Notes: a model not told the origin generated them from the sequence alone. A stretch of DNA of 23,255 bases from a bacterium (GCA_046757025.1 JBHHXN010000079.1:1-23255); one strand, 5' to 3'; shown: positions 8,955 through 16,940, counted from the stretch's first letter. Numbers and translations are program-made.

Positions 8955-9044
8955 ATTAGCTGAGAGATTTCTGGTTTTAATGGTGTCTTGCTATATGAAA
9001 ACGTAAATGATATTTATTTTTGAACAAGGTAAGCAAAACGAAAA

Positions 9045-9440
9045 ATGGAAAACAATAACTCATCTCATTTATCCTGTGGAGAACTGATCGCTTTGGCCAT
9101 CATCGGGCAAAACATCGATGCCAGCCACCGAGTTAAACAGCATTTAACAGAATGTGACTCTTGTTCAAAAAAATATCAAATCGTTTGTAAAATCCAACAA
9201 AGTCTCCTAAAAAATTCCAACAACTGGCACCCTGCATTTTCAAACAATTGTAAACATACCGAGCCGGACTTCACTCAATCAACGCAAATTATGTTTGGTT
9301 TTTTAAACGTGAAATTAAAAAAGGCCGAGTCCTTAAAACTATTCCAGCACTTGAACGATTGTTTTAATTGTTTTCAGTTATTTGCCAGAAATTGGAGCGA
9401 CTTTTTAGCCATGAATCAATGTAAAGATAAGGACCAATGA
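9045..9440 (+). CDS. Soluble protein with two zf-HC2/ZAS-like motifs (putative anti-sigma or anti-anti-sigma)
   Basis: HLTECDSC and HLNDCFNC (HxxxCxxC), each with an upstream candidate His/Cys ligand. No clear TM helix. Confidence 0.75.
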   Translation: MENNNSSHLSCGELIALAIIGQNIDASHRVKQHLTECDSCSKKYQIVCKIQQSLLKNSNNWHPAFSNNCKHTEPDFTQSTQIMFGFLNVKLKKAESLKLFQHLNDCFNCFQLFARNWSDFLAMNQCKDKDQ

Positions 9441-9444
9441 CGCC

Positions 9445-10599
9445 ATGGAAACAGATATTAGACGTACTCAGACCCCGCATATAACCCATCAGTTAATCCA
9501 ATCAGCAATTAGCAAAGATTTCAAATCATTGGAATCGAAACCATTCAAACAACATCTGACTGAATGCGAACGCTGCAGAAGTTTTGTGGAAATCGTTAAA
9601 TATGCTCAGGAATGCTCCCGGGATGCTTATCCGGATGAACAGCCGCCGCACCTTTCCGAAGAAGAATTAGTTGAAACCGTGTATCAAATTTATGAACAAA
9701 GCCTGACTCGCAAAGAAGCGGCCAATTTTCTCAGCCATTTAAAATCGTGCCCGAGCTGTTTCGAACATTTAGAAACCGTATTTGATGAGACCTTTCGCCC
9801 AGCCACAGAGTTGGTAGAAAACGAGTTGGAGGATTATGCGGGAATTTCACTGGCAAAAATTGTGTTGACAGAAAATCCTCCGATAAGTCGAGAAAAAGAC
9901 CTGCAATTTGAAAACAACAAACTTACCATTCGGCAAAAAATTGCCGAATCAATCGATAAATGGATACCGCCTATTCGAATTCTGGCACCGGTAACGATGA
10001 TTCTCATTGCCGGCTTTTTTGTCGGAAAAGGGCCATTTATGACCTGGCGCGCCGGCTCGTACACTGCCGATGGTATGAAGCTTTTGCAAGAAAACTGGAC
10101 CATCACGGATGAGGATCTACGGCCTGCAGGTCTATTCCCGCGCAGCATGTTTTCAAGCGTTCATAGCAACGGCTCAGAAGATGAGGAAGCTGCGGTACAA
10201 TTTAAATTTGAAAAAGCCTTGAGCTGGGATGAAGAAAACGTGGAAGCAAAACACGGCCTGGCGATGTTCTGGTATTTCACAGGCCAATTAACGCCAGCCG
10301 ACAGCCTGTTAAACACTTTATTAGCGCACGATTCTCTCGATTATCAAGCCTGGAATATTTTAGGTCTGGTGGAAACAAAAAATGAAAACGAAAACAACGC
10401 TCTGCACGCATTTGAAACCGCACTAAAAATTAAACCAGATTATGCAGAAGCCGCTTACAACCGGGCATTATTATTACAACAAATGGGACTTCTTCCGGAG
10501 GCAAAGGAAGCCTGGCAGCACTACCTCACCATTGATCAGGAATCCGATTGGGCAAAAAGCGTGCGGCTACATATAGAGAACCTACAATCGGTCAACTAA
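9445..10599 (+). CDS. Membrane-spanning anti-sigma factor: 2x ZAS zinc finger - TM - TPR
   Basis: HLTECERC and HLKSCPSC, a TM segment ILAPVTMILIAGFFVG, and TPR repeats (QAWNILGLV..ALHAFETALKIKPDYAEAAYNRALLLQQMG..EAKEAWQHYLTID). Confidence 0.82.
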   Translation: METDIRRTQTPHITHQLIQSAISKDFKSLESKPFKQHLTECERCRSFVEIVKYAQECSRDAYPDEQPPHLSEEELVETVYQIYEQSLTRKEAANFLSHLKSCPSCFEHLETVFDETFRPATELVENELEDYAGISLAKIVLTENPPISREKDLQFENNKLTIRQKIAESIDKWIPPIRILAPVTMILIAGFFVGKGPFMTWRAGSYTADGMKLLQENWTITDEDLRPAGLFPRSMFSSVHSNGSEDEEAAVQFKFEKALSWDEENVEAKHGLAMFWYFTGQLTPADSLLNTLLAHDSLDYQAWNILGLVETKNENENNALHAFETALKIKPDYAEAAYNRALLLQQMGLLPEAKEAWQHYLTIDQESDWAKSVRLHIENLQSVN

Positions 10600-10804
10600 T
10601 CTATCTTTACTTCTTAAACCACAGCCTCTGGCGGGAATATAGCGAAAATCGACGGGGGAACCGTTTAACAGATTTTCTAAATTCAGTTTTTGAATCAACT
10701 ACAACTCGCATCACTATTTATTCAAACGCACCTGGTGTTTTCGTGATTAAACATACAGGTTAATTAATCATATTATATATCATTTCCAATCAGGAGGAGT
10801 CGCT

Positions 10805-12184
10805 ATGGTAAAAAATTTCAAGCTCCTGGATAAAAGGTCCCTGCTTTGGCCTGCCGAAAGACCTAACTTAGCCGTCATCAATTTCGCCATCACTTTGGGA
10901 CTGGTATGGGCGTTATTGGCGTCCATCATCACCATTTTAGGTAGGAATTTTTTGGTGCAGGATTTCATACAATTCCTGGAAAATTTTTACCCAGGGTACG
11001 GCAGACCATTAGGCGCTTTTGATTTTTTTCTCGCCGTTGTTTACGGTTTGGCGCACGGTTTTTTGTTTGGTCTGCTGGTATCCTACCTATACAATATCAT
11101 CAAAGGGCCCATTGATTGTGGAGTTGAATTGTTAAAACCGCAAAAGATTATCGAATCGCGGAATCCATGGATTTTGAGCGAAGGAAGTTCAAAAAACGGT
11201 AACGAGCCTTACACCATCGCCATTGTTGCTAACCCGGTACTGGAATCCGAGATACTTCCAGCAGACGAACCCTTAAAATGGCGAAGAGATCCTATTCTGA
11301 ATAAACCAGCTCTTTTTCAATCAAAAGTGGCCTGCATAATTGGCAGCCTTGCCAGCAATCAAATGATTCGAGAAAGGTTTCTGGATAACGACAAAATGCG
11401 AATCATCACCTATTTCAATCCGGACCTTGTACCGCAGGATAAGCTCATAAAAGATGGTAAAAACGCTCTCTGTCTGGAAAAAGATTTCGATATTATTATT
11501 GAACCGATACAAGCACAAAACGGCGAAAATCGTTTAAAGGACTTTCTTGAAAGGGAACTTGTGGATGAAACGAATACTCCGTATATGATTGATGTGGTTT
11601 TTGCAGTTACCGCTTCTGAAACACATACCCGTTCTTCTGCGCTATACACTATCGACAAAAATGACCCTCTTGGGCCTCTATACAAGTTTAGATATAAAGA
11701 AGGAAGTCCCGTGATCGAAAAACATCACGCTCCCTATCCTGATGTACCGGGATTGGTCGCCTATTCTGCCTGGGACACGCGTTTAAAAACGCCCCTGCAC
11801 GAATTCGCACACGCCATGTCCTCCACGGTCAATGGTTTGATCCACGATGAATATTATGACGACATCCCGCAACCTATCAAAGATGGTGATAGCCCATTTC
11901 CGTTAAATTTTAGAAACACCAATTTTCTCATCATCAATAAGCGGGCCGGTAAAACCACACCGGACGTTTTTGGAATTTACGCTTTTCGCGACCGGGAAAG
12001 AAAATTTTCTTCTGATCGGGCCGTTTTCAAACCATCCGATTACGAAGCCTTTGTGCCGGCGCGTTTGAATCCCAGCGTGCCCTGCACCATGGATATCTCG
12101 ACGGACCAGGATAGATTTGACCGATTTATCGAGATCTTTATGCATGACCGTTTGCAGGTAAAAAGCGAACGTGAAATCGTCTAA
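10805..12184 (+). CDS. Membrane-anchored zinc metallopeptidase (HEXXH...DEY, M64/M6-like) with an N-terminal two-helix membrane domain
   Basis: AGGAGG RBS and two hydrophobic segments flanking FLENFYPGY. Zinc motif HEFAHAMSSTVNGLIHDEYY (His codon at 11798) and a Met-turn-like PCTMD. Confidence 0.72.
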   Translation: MVKNFKLLDKRSLLWPAERPNLAVINFAITLGLVWALLASIITILGRNFLVQDFIQFLENFYPGYGRPLGAFDFFLAVVYGLAHGFLFGLLVSYLYNIIKGPIDCGVELLKPQKIIESRNPWILSEGSSKNGNEPYTIAIVANPVLESEILPADEPLKWRRDPILNKPALFQSKVACIIGSLASNQMIRERFLDNDKMRIITYFNPDLVPQDKLIKDGKNALCLEKDFDIIIEPIQAQNGENRLKDFLERELVDETNTPYMIDVVFAVTASETHTRSSALYTIDKNDPLGPLYKFRYKEGSPVIEKHHAPYPDVPGLVAYSAWDTRLKTPLHEFAHAMSSTVNGLIHDEYYDDIPQPIKDGDSPFPLNFRNTNFLIINKRAGKTTPDVFGIYAFRDRERKFSSDRAVFKPSDYEAFVPARLNPSVPCTMDISTDQDRFDRFIEIFMHDRLQVKSEREIV

Positions 12185-12201
12185 AAACAAGGAGCAATAA
12201 C

Positions 12202-13071
12202 ATGTTAAAACTCGATCCCGAATTTCGTGCTTTACTATTACAACATCATAGCTCTTTGAACTCCCAAACCCAGGACCGTCCGACTCTCACGCCTGCCATA
12301 TTGGACACCTATGAACAACGGGTGGGTCAAAAACTCACAATTCAAAGAGCGCTTGTTGGAAATTTTATTAAGTTTGATATTAATGAAAGACAAAATGAGT
12401 CACTTAAAAAAGCCCTCAATATCGTACAAGAAAATATAGAAAATATACAACGGAACAACATGCCGGATTTTCACCTGGTACACGCCAACTGGAGTGCAAG
12501 AAGACGTGCGGTTGTGTTAGCCAGGACCGAAAATACCTTCAACAAATCGTGGAAACAACCCTTTGACTTTGACAACCTTCGTCTCTGGTTTCCAAAAATT
12601 GTTTGGATAATTGCGACCATCGTTCTTTTAGGCTCCACAACCACCGGATTTTTAGGTACCGTAAATACAAAGGTGATGCCGCCAAGCGTTGTCGATAAGT
12701 TAGTTCCTCCAAATCCTGATTCAAACAATTTTCTTGATAAATCAGAAAAACAGATGCTGATGGAATGGCACAAAGGTGCCAAAACAGGTGAAAAGAATTA
12801 TCAGGCTGCTATTTTGCATATGAACGATACAGAAATTATAAATGTTGGATTTAAACTATACAATCAAGGTAGAGAATGGCTACAACTTAAATCAGACACC
12901 ACAGAAATCAAAACCCCGGCACAAGCCGACAGTGTAGTAGCTGAAGGAATGAATCGATTACACTGGGCTTGCGAAATCGGCACGGTCGTGGAACAATTCT
13001 GCGGCGACAAAGCCTTGTTGGAAGCTGTGATGCATCTGCGCGAAGAGCCTCCAATTCACACTAGAAAATAA
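12202..13071 (+). CDS. Hypothetical single-pass membrane protein whose C-terminal domain resembles the N-terminal domain of the adjacent CHAT protein
   Basis: AAGGAG RBS, a ~130-aa hydrophilic N-terminus, TM IVWIIATIVLLG, and a manual alignment to the protein region encoded at 13320-13553 (see findings). Confidence 0.75.
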   Translation: MLKLDPEFRALLLQHHSSLNSQTQDRPTLTPAILDTYEQRVGQKLTIQRALVGNFIKFDINERQNESLKKALNIVQENIENIQRNNMPDFHLVHANWSARRRAVVLARTENTFNKSWKQPFDFDNLRLWFPKIVWIIATIVLLGSTTTGFLGTVNTKVMPPSVVDKLVPPNPDSNNFLDKSEKQMLMEWHKGAKTGEKNYQAAILHMNDTEIINVGFKLYNQGREWLQLKSDTTEIKTPAQADSVVAEGMNRLHWACEIGTVVEQFCGDKALLEAVMHLREEPPIHTRK

Positions 13072-13127
13072 TTGTTTAAAAAATGTAAGTCCATTTTTAA
13101 AATAATTCCCTTTATTTTTGTATTTTG

Positions 13128-16103
13128 ATGAACAAAAAGAGCAATATTAAGAAAGGCATCATTATTTCATTGCTGACGGGCATTATTGCAATCAGCTTCG
13201 TGTCGATAGTGTGGTTTAGAATATCTGCTGCGGTAGATGTTCCACCTATAATAAAAAGCACATCACCGGATAGTTTACGAGCATTTTCGTTAAAACCAAA
13301 CATGCAAAGTTTTATCAAAGAGTGGGAAAGCTTTCAAAAAGGTGGTGAGCAGGATAGCTTGCACAATTTGATCCGAAATAACTATGTAGTGGCTCAGTCC
13401 ACAGGCCTGCTCCTGTTAGAACAAGCCACGCTTTTTCGACATCGTGGCAAGCAAGACATTGCCAACGCAAAAATAATCACGACCAGAGAAATTGCAGAGG
13501 ACCTTATCGCTGTCTTTCAGGATTCGTATTTACTCAAACAGGTCATTCACATCGAAACGCTTGACGACAAACAATTGCAACGGCGAGCCTTAGCCAGCGA
13601 GCTTTATGCCGCGGCGAGTCAAAAACTCCATGACGGTGATAGGGTCGAATCCAAAAAGCGATTTATATCGGCAAGGAACCTGGCGAGCAAAGCAAATGAT
13701 GAAAAACTTCAAGTAGAGGCTTTGAGTTTTCTACAGTGGTTCCTTGGAACCGAAAGAAACCATACAAAAGTCATTGAACTCGGTGAACAGATTATAAAAC
13801 TTGCGAGTAAATCAGGTTATAAGAGACGGTTAGCGATCGCTTTGCAGCAAAATGCCGAAGCCTTGCGGGAATTGGATCGGGATGAGCAGGCCATCGTAAC
13901 GATAGATAAAGCCATTCAGATAGCTAAACTCCTGAACGATGAATACGTATTAGCCAATTGTTATCTCATTAAGGCACAGATTTATAATCGCAGGCACGAA
14001 TACCAAAAAGCACTTAACATGCATGAAAAGGCTGCTGCCGTCAAAAGAGAGGGAATTTGGCTGGGAACCATCGATCTTTATGAAGGACAAATATTCACGC
14101 ATCTGGGAGAATATGGAAAAGCCCAAAACGCCTTTGAAAGAGCCATTGAAATTTTTAAACAACATGGACAAAGAGCGAAAACGAATTTAGCCGTTGCATT
14201 GAGTTCACTATCGGACCTTTACTTTCGCATGGGTGAATACGAGGCAGCTTTAAATTATGAGAAAATTTCTCTGGAAATCAAAACAGGAAATGAACGCAGA
14301 GCCTTATCATTGAGCCTTTTAGGTTTGAAATATTCCAAATTGGACAGTATTGATCAGGCTTTATCTGCGCATCAAGAAAGCCTCAAGTTGTGGCCAAAGT
14401 CGGGAGGCACACGCCACCCCACGGATTTTTGGCTCCGCCTGGGCGACGTGTATCTCAAAACAGGAAATTTCCCCAAAGCAAAAGATACCTTTTCCGAAGC
14501 ATTAAAATTGGCGGAACCTATCGAGTACAGGCTTGGTAAAGGCGGTGCATTGTTGGGTTTTGGACGCCTGGCAATCATTCAAAATGAAATGGACAAAGCC
14601 AAAACATATTTTGAAGATGCGCTTGCAATTTCGCAAGACATAGGAGAACCGCTTTTAAAAGCCGCTGCATTTTACGGTTTGGCAAATATTGAGAAGAAAG
14701 CGAATAATTGGCAAGCGGCTTTGACTTTTATTGATAACGCTATTTCAACAATTGAAGCACTCCGATCCACCATCCATCAAGATTCTCTGCGCGTGAGCTT
14801 TTTTGCAACCAATCAAGAGTTGTATGACGATGCCATTTTGATCTCATCTGCGCAAAACCTGGAAAATGTGGCCCTTCAATACGCTGAAAAAGCTCGCGCC
14901 CGAAGTTTATTCGACGCCATTGGACAATTCAACATAAAAGTCATGGCCCAATCTCAAAAAGATCTAGTGCAGACACCCATCCCGGCATTTGAACAAATGC
15001 AGCAAAAAATTCCCGACTCGGTTCAGATCATCGAATACCGCGTCACCGCCGATACGCTGATTATCTGGTTGCTCAGCAGAGATGACACACCAAGATTGCG
15101 CAAAGTACCCGTTTCCATTCAGCAATTAGAGCAAAAAGTGGAAAAATATTTAGTTAGCATTGGCGCCGAAGAACTTAAAGCATTTAGAAAGCGCGTAAGT
15201 AAAAATATTGCTGCGGTTTATGAAGAAAATAAAAAACTCGGAAAACAACTTTATGATTTATTAATCAAACCCATAGAGGAAGCCATCGTGCAAGACAATC
15301 GATTGATCATCTTGCCGGATGGCGTGCTCCACCGCCTGCCTTTTGGAGCGCTGGTCACAAACGAGGATTCTTTTTTTGATGAGCGTTATGTTTGGACAAA
15401 AGCCCCAAGTCTCAGCATCTTAGCTGAAACCCAAATGTGGCAGGATAAAATCGTTCAACCACAAAAGCCTAAATTTCTCATGGTCGCAGGCGATTTCCCA
15501 AGTAAGAAATCACAGATAAAAACCGTAAAATCCCTTTTCGAGCATGCTACCATCTTAGAAAACCGTTCAGCAAATTATAATAATTTGAAAAATCATCTAA
15601 AGCAAGGTTCAGAGATAGTTTATTTTTCTATTCACGCTGTGGCAGACGAAAGTCATCCCATGAACTCATTTATCGAGCTTTATGATGAGACTCATACAAG
15701 CGGCGATAATTCCTGGAAAGAAGTATATGCCCGCCAACTTCTTCAATTGGATTTTTCCCGTACCTGGCTCACGGTGTTGAATGCCTGTGAAACCAGCAGA
15801 GGGAAAATTGCAAAAGGTGAAGGGGCGCTAAATATGGTTCGGATATTTTCTATTTCCCGAGTGCCCGTGGTCGTAGCCAGTTTGTGGAAGAATGATGATT
15901 ATGCGTCGGCAAATATTATCAGTAATTTTTTCAAAAATTTGATCGCCGGGCAATCCACAACTGATGCCTGGCATCAGGCTAAAATACTCAGCATCCAACA
16001 ATTATTAAAAACTTCCGGTTATGCGCTGCCCTATTTCTGGGCCGCACTGGAAATCTATCAAAATAGCTGGTTTAATCCAGAATCCTTTATTACAAAGAAA
16101 TAA
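13128..16103 (+). CDS. TPR-CHAT caspase-like cysteine protease with N-terminal signal anchor
   Basis: Basic N-terminus plus hydrophobic helix, a long TPR array, then AEKARARSL, LYDLLIKPI, LPDGVLHRLPFGAL, YFSIHA (His codon 15633), VLNACET (Cys codon 15786), VVASLW and PYFWAA. Confidence 0.93.
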   Translation: MNKKSNIKKGIIISLLTGIIAISFVSIVWFRISAAVDVPPIIKSTSPDSLRAFSLKPNMQSFIKEWESFQKGGEQDSLHNLIRNNYVVAQSTGLLLLEQATLFRHRGKQDIANAKIITTREIAEDLIAVFQDSYLLKQVIHIETLDDKQLQRRALASELYAAASQKLHDGDRVESKKRFISARNLASKANDEKLQVEALSFLQWFLGTERNHTKVIELGEQIIKLASKSGYKRRLAIALQQNAEALRELDRDEQAIVTIDKAIQIAKLLNDEYVLANCYLIKAQIYNRRHEYQKALNMHEKAAAVKREGIWLGTIDLYEGQIFTHLGEYGKAQNAFERAIEIFKQHGQRAKTNLAVALSSLSDLYFRMGEYEAALNYEKISLEIKTGNERRALSLSLLGLKYSKLDSIDQALSAHQESLKLWPKSGGTRHPTDFWLRLGDVYLKTGNFPKAKDTFSEALKLAEPIEYRLGKGGALLGFGRLAIIQNEMDKAKTYFEDALAISQDIGEPLLKAAAFYGLANIEKKANNWQAALTFIDNAISTIEALRSTIHQDSLRVSFFATNQELYDDAILISSAQNLENVALQYAEKARARSLFDAIGQFNIKVMAQSQKDLVQTPIPAFEQMQQKIPDSVQIIEYRVTADTLIIWLLSRDDTPRLRKVPVSIQQLEQKVEKYLVSIGAEELKAFRKRVSKNIAAVYEENKKLGKQLYDLLIKPIEEAIVQDNRLIILPDGVLHRLPFGALVTNEDSFFDERYVWTKAPSLSILAETQMWQDKIVQPQKPKFLMVAGDFPSKKSQIKTVKSLFEHATILENRSANYNNLKNHLKQGSEIVYFSIHAVADESHPMNSFIELYDETHTSGDNSWKEVYARQLLQLDFSRTWLTVLNACETSRGKIAKGEGALNMVRIFSISRVPVVVASLWKNDDYASANIISNFFKNLIAGQSTTDAWHQAKILSIQQLLKTSGYALPYFWAALEIYQNSWFNPESFITKK

Positions 16104-16118
16104 AAACAGGAGGCAAAC

Positions 16119-16496
16119 ATGAACAATAGCGGTTTTGACCCCGTACCGACTCCCGAATCAGCCGAAACTCTTCCCCCACCAACCATCGAAGAACAACGGC
16201 AACTGTTTTTTCCCATAAAACCCTTTCGATTTTTTCCGATCGATTATGGTCTTGCACTGGGAATTGGGGCTGCGGTTTTTCTGCTTCTCTATATTTTTGT
16301 GGCTTCTATAAGCGGAACCTCAAGTAATCTGGTTTTCTTTGAAAACATTTTTCCAGGTTTTCATCTATCTTCCGCTTCAGGATTTTTAAGTGTCCTGACT
16401 CAATCCTTAATCGGATTAATATGGAGTTTCGCCTCAGGATTCGTACTCGGATTTCTGTTCGGGTTTGTTTACAACTGGCGCATGAACACAAAATAA
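16119..16496 (+). CDS. Small membrane protein (two hydrophobic helices flanking FFENIFPGF, ending YN), paralogous to the N-terminal domain of the 10805 gene
   Basis: AGGAGG RBS and a gap-free alignment with the 10805 N-terminus. Resemblance to DUF5676-like / holin-annotated small membrane proteins is from memory, not from a search. Confidence 0.78.
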   Translation: MNNSGFDPVPTPESAETLPPPTIEEQRQLFFPIKPFRFFPIDYGLALGIGAAVFLLLYIFVASISGTSSNLVFFENIFPGFHLSSASGFLSVLTQSLIGLIWSFASGFVLGFLFGFVYNWRMNTK

Positions 16497-16600
16497 AATA
16501 ATGATCAAGAAGCTGATTTCTTCCTAAATTGAACGATGGAGCCTTGAATTTATGATTCATCAATGGGTGAGAGGTTTGAAGCACCCCATTTAAGGTGGCT

Positions 16601-16613
16601 CCCCCCCCCCCCC
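16601..16613. repeat. C13 homopolymer
   Basis: 13 consecutive C read directly. Confidence 0.85.
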
Positions 16614-16940
16614 GACACACCGAGGCCCCTCTTAGAATCGCTCAATTCAGGCGTTTAGCTCCAAACATCGACATTTTTTTGTCGATAGGTCGAAGCGTGA
16701 AAAATCGCATATCGAAGCAAAATTGAGCATTTCAGCTTGCGGAATTCGGAAGGGTGTGTTTACAAACCATTGACCGGTAAATTCCAAAACCCGCATTCCC
16801 AAAATCACTAAAATTGCTCAAGATAATAGCGACATCTTACCAGCGATAACACGGGAGAATCCGGTTCGGCGCTGCTGCCAGGTGAATAAATTGCACCGAG
16901 CTCTCAATTAGGAAATGAAGGCTCTCCGGGTAAGATTTAT

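Noticed and set aside
10657..10680. GGAACC...TCTAA as a sigmaE-type promoter before the metallopeptidase
   Set aside because: The 13-bp spacer is too short, and the motif is not repeated before other cluster genes
8310..16496. Craspase / type III-E CRISPR locus
   Set aside because: No cas genes or repeat-spacer array in the window, and the CHAT protein has a signal anchor. Only an analogy.
8091..16560. TGAATTTA..TGATTC at both ends of the cluster as att direct repeats
   Set aside because: Short, gapped and AT-rich, so expected by chance
16562..16590. AATGGGTG/CACCCCATT hairpin as the cluster terminator
   Set aside because: Bulged stem, 12-nt loop and weak U tract
16306..16620. 104-aa minus-strand ORF through the poly-C tract
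   Set aside because: Antisense to the small membrane gene, with no RBS or motifs
16834..16936. Glycine riboswitch (GGAGA, CTCTC elements)
   Set aside because: The conserved CCGAAG and CTCAGG core is not present in the right order on either strand
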